Source: Felis catus
Taxonomy: Eukaryota
Direction: 5' to 3'
Assembly (NCBI RefSeq): GCF_018350175.1
Contig: NC_058368.1
Span: 214,708,001 to 214,772,000 of the forward strand
DNA: 64,000 nucleotides
The position numbers and the translations under genes were made by a program. Numbering within the stretch: position 1 is the first letter of the stretch; the number at the start of each line of letters is the position of its first letter. A model generated the notes under the pieces. That model was not told where the DNA came from, ran no database searches, and was given only the letters and a program-made list of their open reading frames with translations. Below are positions 51,588-62,999 of the stretch, piece by piece.

Positions 51588-51963
51588 TGTGGTGCTTTGC
51601 ATTATCCACCCCCACCTGTTGCTGGGACTTGCTACGGGAAGTATATCTCCTACTTCCCTGTCCCCTGGTCACATTGACCTTTGTCCTTCACTTGTTTGAT
51701 CAGTGAAACATGAGCAGAAGTAACAGTGTGCAGTTTTCGCAGAAACTTTAATAGCCACTACTGGTTTTTCCAGTTTTCTTGTTCCTTTCTCTATGACAAG
51801 AGAATGTTATGTCCTGAGTAGGGTTGTTTTTCAGACTGGATCCTGAAGTGAGAGGCTGTATATAAAAGAACCACAACTAACCCATCGCTACTGACGTGTG
51901 CTGGAAGCCACTGAGACTTAGGACTTTGCTACCACAGCCTCGCTTACCAAAAGATAACTGATA
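51588..51963 (+). mobile_element. Old MLT1 (H/I/J-like) LTR
   Basis: cattgac..tgaaacatgagcagaagtaaca..agaaactttaatagcca..aagccactgagactt..gctaccacagc..aactgata. Confidence 0.6.
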
Positions 51964-52499
51964 TTGTGTATTATGAAGTGTCTGGACAGCTAGATCAGAT
52001 CATGGAGGGTCTTGCAAACTAATATTTAGATTTGATTTGACTGGCAAGAGAAAAAGCCCAGAAACGTTTTAAGGAGGGAAGTATGAGTTTTATTTTACTT
52101 TTCTTTAGTTTACTTGCTCATTTTTGTTGAGTTATATTGAAGGTACAAAGGTAGATGACTCAAAAAATTAAATAGTACTAAAAGCCTTATAATGAAAAAG
52201 AGTGGTACCCTTTCCAGAATGTAGGTCCGATTTCCCAGTGGCAAAGAAGTTTAATGATTTATTTTGCACATCACATCATATATCCTCCATATTTCTAAAT
52301 TGTTTGTTCGTAATGCCTTCTTTATTCATACATTTTAAATATTATTATGACTTAGATAGATGTGGCAGTTATGTTTTTTAAATGGCTGAAAAATCTTTGA
52401 CATTCTTCCCATTGAAAATTGGGGTCTATGTTTCCTCAGGAAATCTGGATAAACTCACACCTTGCTTGTAAAGAACAGAAGGTGCATGACTTCGGAGGC

Positions 52500-52942
52500 T
52501 AGGTATGGCCACATGAAGGTGAGTCTCAGATCTCTTGCTGTGGGGAGTGGAACTGAAAGCCGGGCTCAGCCTCTGCTGGATGCACCTCAGTGTTCTCCCT
52601 GAGATGATGCTTCCCATTTGCTTCTCTCAGCCAGTGACTGAATGCAGTAGGGATAGTATTGACGGGCTGCTTCCTGTCAGAGGTGGGGCTCCTTTGATAG
52701 GCAATTTTGGCTGAAAGACTTCCCATCAGCTTGCTCTAAAGCTTCTTCAAATTGTCCTGCAGTCAGAGATTCTGCCTATCTGCCTTCCTTCTTTCCCTCC
52801 TTGATAGAAGTCAGACCTGCATTGCCATCTGAAACTCACTGTGTCATTGGCTTCCTCCACGCCCCACCCCCACCCCCACCACAGGTATTATCATCCAATA
52901 AATAAATGTCTTGCACATCTAATCCTCATCTTGATGTCTTGA
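52500..52942 (+). mobile_element. LTR16-like (ERVL) solo LTR
   Basis: tatggccacatgaaggtg..ctcagatctcttgctgtgggga; aggcaattttggctgaaagacttcccatcagcttg; ccaataaa..cttgcacatctaatcctcatcttgatgtct. Confidence 0.6.
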
Positions 52943-53285
52943 TGTAAAAGCTGCAAACTAACCACTGGGTCAGAAAAGGCAGTGTGGCTTTCTCCTTGTG
53001 TACAGGGCCCCTCTTTTGGAGCTCTGATCCACCATGTGTGAAGTGTGGCTATTCTCACACTGCTATGCTGGGTAGCAGAAAATGTAAAACATGGAGAGAC
53101 AATGTGAAGGTGCTTCATTGACTGCCCCAAGTGAAGGCTTAGCTGACATGTGGTTCAATCACTAGACGTGTGTGAGAAGATGCGGCTACATGATTCCAAC
53201 TCCTGGCCGTTGAGTTACCCCCAGCTGCTCAGTCTCTCTGAGACTCTAGTCATTGTACATTAAAGGGGAGCCATTTCTTTCCTTT

Positions 53286-53290
<5 letters not shown>

Positions 53291-53323
<33 letters not shown>

Positions 53324-53529
53324 TTTCAACGTTTATTTATTTTTCAGACAGAGAGAGACAGAGCACGAACGGGGGAGGGGCAGAGAGAGAGGGAGACACA
53401 GAATCGGAAACAGGCTCCAGGCTCTGAGCCATCAGCCCAGAGCCCGACGCGGGGCTCAAACTCACGGACCGCGAGATCGTGACCTGGCTGAAGTCAGACG
53501 CTTAACCGACTGCGCCACCCAGGCGCCCC
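53291..53529 (-). mobile_element. Young SINEC_Fc-like SINE inserted in the tail of an older SINE
   Basis: Long T tract and CpG-rich body; TSD cctttctttttttt at 53281 and 53531. Confidence 0.95.
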
Positions 53530-53530
53530 A

Positions 53531-53747
53531 CCTTTCTTTTTTTTTTAAAAGTTTTAATGTTTATTTACTTTGAGAGAGAGAACGAGGAGGGGAGGGGCAG
53601 AGAGAGAGGGAGACAGAGAATCCCAAGCAGGCTCTGCATTGTCAGCGCAGAGTCCCATGCAGGGCTTAAACTCACGAACCATGAGATCATGAGCTGAGCT
53701 TAAATCGAGAGTCAGACGCTTAACTGACTGAGCCACCCAGGTGCCCA
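53531..53747 (-). mobile_element. Older CanSINE hosting the young SINE
   Basis: Full body; outer TSD ggagccatttct at 53267-53278 and 53751-53762 encloses both SINEs. Confidence 0.94.
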
Positions 53748-53958
53748 AGAGGAGCCATTTCTGCTACGCCATGCTGAAATTCTTGACACGTAGAATCAGA
53801 ATCAGAATAAAATTATTTTTTAAGCCACTAATTTGTGATTGGTATTTGTGCGTTGTAAATTTAGCGAAGTTTACCTAGGGGAGAGGATGTGTCCTTGTGC
53901 CAAATTTTGCACTTGTATCTTCGAGGTACTCCAGGGGCATGTATATGGGGATATTTCT

Positions 53959-56504
53959 TTTTTTTTTCTTTTTTTCTTTAATTGATTTTATTTTCTACAT
54001 AAAAAGTTCAGTAAAAATTGGGTAATGTAAAATGATTTTAAGCAGTAAATCAATCTTATCAACATTGCACAAGGCTGGCAGAAACCACAAGGCGGCCTGC
54101 TTTGGAATATTTACATGATAACAAATTAAAGTAGGAGAACTTAAACCTTCATTACAAAGTCGTCCTGTGATCTAGCACATAGAGGCTAAAAGCAAAATGA
54201 AAAACAAACAGAACCAGGAAAAAATAAACCAATTATTTTCAATATATTCATACACACATTAAAATATAATACAGATCATCTGGGTGAGGAGTTGTGAGTG
54301 GGGATGCACATGGTCTGTGTGCTGACAGCACCTCCAAGGAGGAGACCCAGATTTGGGAGTGGGGCTGGGCCTGGCCAGGATCTTAGCAGGGTCGTTCCCT
54401 AAGGCCTTGCCTGCGATGGCCTCCAACACCCCAACAGCTCATGACTGGAGATGGCTCATTTTTGTGGCTTTCAATTGAAATCTGCAGGTCTGTTTCCCAG
54501 GGCTATGTCACAGTAGCACAGCCCTGACCAGAGGGGTGGGACAGCGGGCCTGCAGGGTTTCTTCTCCAGAGACTCTCCTACCTGCTCGCCTGTCCTCCCA
54601 CCCCGGTCCCACAAGTCACTAATTCAGTGTCTTCTTTGGGTTTGTAAACACCCCCAGTCTTATGACGTACTTCTTAAGTACTCTTTGGTTTTATGTTTCA
54701 CGTTCTCATTGTTCTCCAGGTCCCTAGGGTTCTTATGGTACTTAGCACTTTATTCATAATGCTGTGGGTCAGCTTGTGAGCTAGGTGTTTGAAGTCTTCA
54801 GTTGTGGTAATTCTTCCCACTTTGCATTCAGGTTTCCAGTAAGAGTTCAAGTACTGGACCATGAACTGGGGCATCTCTTTTCTGAATACTTCTTGGCTTT
54901 TCTTAGCCAGCTCACTGGAGGTGTCTGCTTCTGCAGTCTTAGGCTTTTCTGAGGTCTTCATGGGGTTTTCATCATATGTTGAGGTTCCTAGGTCCATCTC
55001 AGCTTCAGGCTCAAGCCTGGCATCATCTCTTGGGCTTTCCCAAGTAGGAGGATCCCACTGAGTTTGCCTTGTGATCACATGGTAGTATAAATCTTCCCTT
55101 CTGGATCTTGGGATGTCTTCCAGTTGGGAGGCCTTACAGTTTGTTTGGGAGGAGAGGGAGTTGGCAGATCCAGGACATAATTTGTCATTACCATTTCAGG
55201 TGGCTGTAAAGGCCGAGCCTGCCTTGTTGAAACTATTGTAGTCTTGCTGCGGGTGGCTATCCCACTACCCTTTGTGGGTGAGCTGTGAAAATTTGTTGTC
55301 CCTGGATGCACTGAAGAGTTGGCTGGGCATAACTCTGTAAGACCAGTGGATTTATCTATGAATAGGGTGATGTCATGCCATAGACAGTTGGACAAGTCTG
55401 TCCTTGGTAATATATGGTTGCTTGAGACCGTAGGAGAGTACTGTTGCTGGACACTGACAGACTGTTGGTTTGAATCTCAAACACCATAATTCTGTGCCTG
55501 CACTGGGCCTGGGGCTGGCACTGGCAAGACGGTGATGCCGGAATCTTGGGGAACCACCATCACTTTGCATCACACACTGTGAACCAGAAACTTCCCATGG
55601 GCTGCCATGTGTGGCACACTGGCACAGGTGGAGGGACAGTGAGGGCTTCTATACAATGTTCCACCAAGGGCTGAGAATGATCGTAAGGAGCAGGAGAACA
55701 CACAGGGTCCATACTAGGGGTGGGGAGGAGGACCCTTCCAGCATTAGGGTTGCTGGGATCCACATAGGTCTGCATGGATAACCTGATGGGTAGCCAGCAA
55801 AGGGGTGATGAGGAGCTTTGTAGCCAAAAGATTCATAAGGCAGTGGAGATGTCATTCCCAGGTTCTACACCTGCTGCTGTTGTTTCTGAGCTTCCCACTG
55901 AGCCACCTCTTGCTCAAACAACTTCCAGTGCTCCTCTGTAGAAAGTTCATTGTGGTCTTTAATTTGTACTTTCTTTTTAGAAGTTGATGTTTCATATCTG
56001 CCGTCTGGTCTTTTTGTTCCCACTTGTAGGCAGAAGAAGGTGGATAGAGGGAGCCCCTTCATCTCCTTTTCTCTTCTTTGAGTTTCCTTGTCTAGATCTA
56101 TATCTCTTGACTTGTTAGAAGTCTTGGGGTGGCTGTTTGATCTCTGAAATCAACAACATCCCTTCGTTTTACAGTTATTGTGTTCCCCTTTTCAGTTTAA
56201 CTTTTCTTTGGAATTCAATATACCTCCATTAGGTCTTCCAACTGTCCAGGAACTTGGCCAGATCACTTATATCTACTGTTTTACCAGTCCGTTCTTGGCC
56301 CTTCTCACTCTCCGCATCAGATATACCCTCCTCTTCATCTAGGGTATATCTCCTTAGCAATGGTGTCTTCCAGTTTTATACTATTGCCCTCTTAGGCTTA
56401 TTGGCTTCCATGGCGATTCACTTTCAACTTTAGATTCAGGCAGCTGTTGTGGCTATTGTGACTGTACCTCTTCCTCTTTGTCTGCAGGGATGCTTTCTAA
56501 CTAG
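53959..56504 (-). pseudogene. SETD2: 5'-truncated processed pseudogene of the histone H3K36 methyltransferase SETD2 (C-terminal ~600 codons, 3'UTR and poly(A))
   Basis: Translations match the SETD2 C-terminus: KLFEQEVAQ.EAQKQQQQ, MTSPLPY..HHPFAGYP, YVDPSNPNAG.VLLPTPSMDPVCSPAPYDH, WW domain PPNWKT..DPEGKIY / ITRQTQWDPPTWES, SRI domain AKKS.EVFRKEM.QF..GRITTTEDFKHLA.KLTH, and terminal YKPKEDTEL. It is intronless with many frameshifts and has minus-strand AATAAA (~53987-53993), a T tract (53958-53979) and a 16-bp TSD atatgggg(a/c)tatttct at 53943-53958 and 56505-56520. Confidence 0.96.
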
Positions 56505-56554
56505 ATATGGGGCTATTTCTGATCTTAGTCTTCAACATGCTGCTTCTCAGAAAA

Positions 56555-56672
56555 TGTATGTGTATGTACATACATATATACACACATACACACATATATA
56601 TACGTTTCACATATATATGTGTATATATGTATATGCACATATATATGAGTTAAGTTGGTGGTTATATATATA
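56555..56672. repeat. Compound (TA)/(CA)/(TG) microsatellite
   Basis: Alternating purine-pyrimidine tract read directly from the sequence. Confidence 0.85.
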
Positions 56673-59241
56673 TTTTTTCCACACCAGAGACCATTACAGC
56701 CAGAAACCTCTACTGAAGCAGTTCCAATGTTAGCCGATATGCTTACCGCAGGATTTTTTGTTTGTTTTAAATTGTTTTCATGTTACCTATTGGTAGAAAT
56801 GGAAGTGGTCCCTAAAGTCGATGATTGATTTATTAATGAACCTTTGGTTGAAAATCATTTTCTCTCAGAAATCATTATTCTATTGTCTTTTAGCACTAAG
56901 TATTGCTGTTGAGAAGTCTGGCTATTGTGAACATGGACCTTTTTCTAAAGTGTTGCCCTAGCCTGGCTTCCTGTCCTTCACCATTCTACTCCCACTTTAC
57001 CCTTTACAATTCTTCCTGGGAACCCACCCTTAATCAATCACTTATATACGCCTCCACTTCTCAGGGTTTGCTTCCTGAAATCACAGGTAACACAGGTGGT
57101 AGGGTCAAATGTTTTATCCTCCAAGAAATAGGCATTTCAAAGAAGAATACAAAGCCATTGAGGTGCAGAGAGGTCACTAAGTAGACCCTTGATTCTTGAA
57201 GTAATTCGAGAAGGAAAGGATAAGAGAGCATAAGAAGTTTCATTTGAGAAGGCCAAAGAAGTGCATTTTTAAATCAAAAACATTGTAGAGTCTCTATACT
57301 GTTCTTTCAGACATCTGCTTTTGGGGCGAAATTTTAGATTCTACCATCTCATATATACTAGCTTGACACCTTTGTTCTTGTCTCAACTTCTGGAATAGCC
57401 TTTGCATTCTGATAGGTTATTGTTAATAACGTAAATATATTGCAAAGTCTAATCAAATTATTCAGTGTCTTGCTTTTTGTTTATCAAATAAAAGATCACA
57501 AGCTTCAGATACAAGAAATTTATTGAAAAGCTTTCATGTGCATCTAAACACCTACTACTTCATTTTCCTCAGGACATTAATCTTTCTATTTATCATCTTT
57601 GCTTTTTCATACATTCAGACCCTGGCACCTTATCACAAATTCATAAGAACACAATAAGAACAATGCTTGCTTATGCCTGTGCTGTGACAATTTGTTACCA
57701 CCTCCCCAAAGAGGAAGACATTCAAAGGTTCCACTTTAAACCATGTTTTCAGTAATATTCTTCACTTGCTATTATCTTTCTTTTATTTTCAGTATTCATA
57801 GTTGCGTATGGAGATATTATTCCCACTGTTCATTACAGTTCCTGCTGTGCTTGAAAGCTAGTTCCTGACAGTTCACAGTCACTACTGTGAGAAGAAACTA
57901 GGGCTCCCAAACTCTAAAAGGCCTGCTCAAGAAGAAAAATGCTTATATGTTTTATTTCTACCATCTTCCAACATTCCCACTGCTGATAAAAGATAGAAAG
58001 AGGACAAACGAAGGATGAATTTCATGATTACATTTTGGTGCCGATGCAGATCTCCCACTGGGATGTATCTCCCACCTGACAGGTGGTCTATTCTGCTCAA
58101 ATACCACTGAGCTGGTGAACTTAAGCAAAAACATATGACCCATCTCTCAGACCTCAGAACAGCAGGGTTCACATAGCCATCTGAAAATCTCAAGTTGAAA
58201 ATCTCTTCTGTAATATCTTTATTAACTGGTGCATCTGATCTGTCCACTCACAACCTTCTGTGGATGATGAAGGCTCAGATAACAGAATGAGCCCCCTGTT
58301 CCTCCTGTATTCTCGGAAAATCTCTCACCAGTGTCTGAAAGACTTCCAATGGACTCTGATTTTAAACTTAAGAAAACCATACTTATATCAAGAAATAGCA
58401 TGTGTAATCTTTCTTTAGATTAGAACCATTTTTAGTGTTAGTTTCCTTTGAGAGTTGATAATAAATACATGTTAAAGCTTCTCATTACAGGAGAAACAGA
58501 GAGTTATTGGCAAATTTCCAAAGTATTAGGAAAAGTGAGAATCTCTTCTTTGTAATAATTACATATAACAGTAATTAATGGTCTGGGACTTGTGTGATTA
58601 AATAGATCTCATACCTAGATTTTTCTGTAAGTCAATACACCTGAGTGTTTTCAGTTTCTAAACAGATCTACTTTCTTAATTCATATCGACCCCATTTCTT
58701 TTAAATTGTACCTCCAAGTATTTGAAGTTCTCCAAAGCGTATCTATTTTATCCTCTTTCCAACTCACAACAGAAGACATGTCAAGGTAATTAACTTTGAT
58801 AACCTATTTAGCATAAAGTTATTATAGGTGAACAAAGAGCACAAAAACTTTCCAGAAAATCGCCCAAAATCTTAAGATTCTTATTTAGAGCACACTTATT
58901 TAGATTCTTATTTATGAAGTTGCCATCTTCAAGCCTTGAATAATATCTATTGTGACAAAATAAATAAAGTTTTAGGTAAGTTCTTGAAAAAGTTTTATTT
59001 TTTAATTATTTGAATGAAGACATATTTTGAATAAATTGTAATGAAGAAAAAAATTCCATAGATGGGCTTGATCATCAGGTTTTAATTGCATAATTATAAG
59101 TGAATATTTTTCAGCCAGATATCATCTATAATTTCAACTGTGCTAATACTTTCTGAAGTTGTACTGGGTTTGATGATGTTGGGTCTAACAGAAGAAGCAC
59201 TCATTTTTGAGAAAGTCCTCAAGCTTTTGGTTACATGGCAA

Positions 59242-62200
59242 CTTTACCTATCTATATCTCTATCTTCTCTCTCTCGCTCTCTCTCTCTCTTTTTAAATTT
59301 TAATTCCAGTATAGTTAACATATAGTGTTATAATAAGAGTTTCCTGTGTACAATATAGTGATTTAACAATTCTATACATTACTCAGTGCTCATCATGAAA
59401 AGTATACTCTTTTTAAGTTTTTATTTAAATTCTAGTTTGTTAACATACAGTGTAACATTAGTTTCAGATGTATGATATAGTGATTCAGCCCCTACATACA
59501 GCACTTGGTGCTCATCACAAGTGCACTCCTTAATCCCCATCACCTATTTAACCCATTCCCCCACCCACCTCCATTTTAGTAACCATCAGTTTATTCTCTA
59601 TAGTTAAGAGTCTGTTTCTTGGTTTGCCCCCCTCTCTCTCTTTGTTCCTCTTTGTTCCTTTGTTTTATTTCTTAAATTCTACATATGAGTGAAATCATAT
59701 GGTGTTTGTCTTTCTCTGACTTATTTCACTTAGCATTATGCCCTCTAGATCCATCCATATTATTGCAAATGACAGGATTTAATTTTTATGGCTGAGTAAT
59801 ATTCCACATCTATATATACCACATCTGTTTCCATTCATCTATTGATGGACCCTTGGGCTGCTTTCACAATTTGGCTTTTGTAAATAATGCAGTAAACATA
59901 GGAATGTGTATATCTGTTTGAATTAGTGTTTTTGTATGCTTTAAGTAAGTACCCAATAGTGGATTAATTACTGGGTTATATGGTTATTCTATTTTTAAGT
60001 TTTTGAGGAACTTCCATATTGTTTTCCACGTGGCTGCACCAGTTTCAATTCCCACCTGCAGTGCATGAGTGTTCCTTTTTTTCCCCCACATTCTCACCAG
60101 CACTTGTTTCTTGTGTTTTTGATTTTAGCCTCTTTGACAGGTATGAGGTGATACCTCATTGTGGTTTTTATTTGCATTTCCCTGATGATTAGTAATGTTG
60201 AGTATCTTTTCATGTATCTGTTGGCCATTTATATGTCTTCCTTGGAGATATGTCTGTTCATGCCTACTGATCATTTTTTAATTGGGTTATTTGTGGGGGG
60301 TTGGTGTTAAATTGTATAAGTTCTTTATATATTTTGGATACTAACCATTTATCAGATATGTCATTTGCAAGTATCTTTTCCCATCCAGTAGGTTGTCTTT
60401 TAGTTTTCTTGACTATTTCCTTTGCTATGTGAAAGCTTTTATTTTTTTTGTAGTTCTAATAGTTTATTTTGATTTTGTTCCCTTTGCTTCAGGAGACATA
60501 TCTATGTTGCTGTGGCTTATGTCAGAGAAATTACTGCCATGCACTTTTCTAGGATTTTTGTGGTTTCGGGTCTCATATTTAAGTCCATAATCCATTTTGA
60601 GTTTATTTTTGAGTGTGGTGTGAGAAAGCAATCCAGTTTCATTCTTTTGCATATTGCTGTCCAGTTTTCCCAACATCATTTGTTGAAGAGACTGTCTTTT
60701 CCCCCATTGTATATTCTTGCCTCCTTTGTCAAATATTAATTGACCATATAATGGTAGTTTATTTCTGGGCTTTCTATTCTGTTCTGTTGATCTGTGCATT
60801 TACTTTTGTTCCAGTACTATTCTGTTCTGATTGCTACATCTTTGTAGTATATCTTGAAATCCGGGATTGTGATACTTCCAGTTTTGTTCTTCGTTTTCAA
60901 GATTTCTTTGGCTACTTGAAATCTCTTGTGGTTCCATACAAATTTTAGGATTATTTTTACCAGTTCTGTGGAAAACGCTGTTGGTATTTTGATAGGTATT
61001 GCATTAAATCTGTAGATTGCTTTAGATATTACAAACTTGTAGCAATATTTAGTCTTCCAGTCCATAAGCATGGAATATCTTTCCATTTGTGTCATCCTCA
61101 ATTTCTTTCATCAATATTTTATAGTTGTCAGAGTATTGGTCTTTCACTTCCTTGGTTAAGTATATTCCTAGATATTTTATTGTTTTTGGTGCAATTGTAA
61201 ATGAGATTGTTTCTAATTTCTTTTTCTGCTACTTCATTATGACTGTATAGAAATGCAAAGGATTGCTGTATATTGATTTTGTATCCTGCAACCTTAATGA
61301 ATTCATTTATCTGTTCTAGTAGTTTTTTTTGGTAGAGCCTTTCAGGTTTCCTATATATAGTATCATGTCATCTGCAAATAGTGAAAGTTTCACTTCTTCC
61401 TTACTGATTTGGATGTCTTTCATTTCTTTCTCTTATATGAAAGCTGTGGCTGGGACTTCTAATACTACTTGAATAAAAGTGGTGAGAATGGACATCTTTG
61501 TCTTGTTCCTGACCTTTGGGGAGAAGCTCTCAGTTTTTCCCCATTGAGTATGATGTTAGCTATGGGTTTTTCATATATGGTTTTTATTATGTTGAGTATG
61601 TTCCTTCTAAACCTACTTTGTTGAGGGTTTTTTATCATGAATCGGTGTTGTACTTTGTCAAATGCTTTTTCTGTGTCTATTAAAATGATCATATGGTTTT
61701 CATCCTTTTCCTTCATGTGATGTATCAAGTTGATTGATTTGCAAATGTTGAACCACTCTCACATCACAGAAATAAATATCACTTGATTGTGGTAAATGAT
61801 TTTTTTAATGTATTGTTGCATTCAGTTTGCTAATGTCTTGTTGAGGAATTTTGCATTATGTTCATCAGAGATATTGGCCTTTAGTTCTCTATTTGTGTGT
61901 GTGTGTGTGTGTGTGTGTGTGGTTGTGGTATCAGAGTAATGCAGGCCTCATAGAATGAGTTTGGGAATTTTCTTTCTTCTATTCTTTAGAATAGTTTGAG
62001 AATAGGTATTAACTCTTCTTTAAATGTTTTGTAAATTCACCTGGGAATCCATCTGGTCCTGGACTTTTACTCATTGGGAGATTTTTTATTACTGATTCAA
62101 TTTCATTGCAGGTAATTGGTCTGTTCAAATTTTCTATTTCTTCCTGATTCAGTTTTGAGACATAGTGTTTCTAGTAATTTATCTATTTCTTCTAGGTTGT

Positions 62201-62504
62201 CCAGTTTGCTAGTATATAATTTTTTAGAATATTCTTTTATCATTCTTCATATTTCTGTGGTATCGGTTATTATTTATCCTCTTTCATTTCTGATTTGGGT
62301 ATGTTTAGCTCCAACAGTGTCTCTGTCCTTCTCACCCTCTTTGATGTGGCCTCTTCTCTACATTTAGCTGTGGAGAGTCTGTTCTGCCAGTCTTCAGGTC
62401 ATTTTCTGGGTTATTTGCCCTAATGTGTGTGTTACCTAGTTGTATCTGTGGGATGAGGTGAGCTTAGGGTTCTCCTACTCCACTATCTTCCCTGGTAATC
62501 CTAC
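59242..62504 (-). mobile_element. Older carnivore L1 with both termini but a large internal deletion (5'UTR start joined to mid-ORF2)
   Basis: 3'UTR from ~59290; ORF2 pieces ([12 protein letters not shown], intact FADD at ~61367-61378, [14 protein letters not shown]); 62305-62500 is an L1 5' terminus (minus strand gggaagatagtggagtaggagaaccctaagctcacctcatcccac); candidate TSD tacatg(g/a)caa. Confidence 0.88.
61894..61921. repeat. (TG)n microsatellite within L1 ORF2
   Basis: TG run read directly from the sequence. Confidence 0.93.
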
Positions 62505-62546
62505 TACATGACAATATAGTTTAGATTTCTATTTCTTAAGTTTGCT

Positions 62547-62774
62547 TCTTTTTAAATTTTTTTTTAATTTTTATTTATTTTTGAGAGAGAGAAAGCACAC
62601 TAGCAAGTGTGGGAGCCGGGATGGGGCAGAGAGAGAGGGAGACAGAATCTGAAGCAGGTTCCAGGCTCAGCACTGTCAGCACAGAGCCTGATGCAGGCCT
62701 TGAACTCACAAATGGTGAGATCATGACCCAAGAGGAAGTCTGATGCTTAACTGACTGAGTCACCCAGGAACCCC
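62547..62774 (-). mobile_element. CanSINE
   Basis: Full body; TSD gtttgcttctt on both sides. Confidence 0.93.
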
Positions 62775-62802
62775 AGGTTTGCTTCTTAATATATGGATTT
62801 TT

Positions 62803-62999
62803 AAAAAATGTTTATTTATTTTTGAGAGAGAGAGAGAGTGCAAGTGTAGGAGGAGCAGAGATGGGGAGGTGAGAGAGGATCTGAAGTGGGACTTGTGCTG
62901 ACAACAGAGAGCCTGATGTGGGCCTCAAACTCACAAATTGTGAGATCCTGACCTGAGCCAAAGGCAGAGGCTTAACTGACTGAGTCACACAGGTGCCCC
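62803..62999 (-). mobile_element. CanSINE
   Basis: aatgtttatttatttttgagagag..gagatcctgacctgagcc..gagtcacacaggtgcccc. Confidence 0.92.

Larger units (their letters stand above)
52361..53855 (+). mobile_element. MLT1F/G-like LTR interrupted by an LTR16-like element and two SINEs
   Basis: tgtggcag..tctttgacattcttcccattga..ggggtctatg; ggtcagaaaaggcagtgtggcttt; ccatgctgaaattcttgac..aataaaatt..ttttaagccactaa. Confidence 0.6.

Noticed and set aside
54698..55078. 126-aa ORF as a functional SETD2 exon or gene
   Set aside because: It lies in an intronless, frameshifted, poly(A)- and TSD-flanked retrocopy, and it leaves the SETD2 frame before the natural C-terminus.
57927..58247. 106-aa ORF or possible exon in unique sequence
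   Set aside because: No recognisable protein, no ATG start and no convincing splice-site pair; the length is within chance range.
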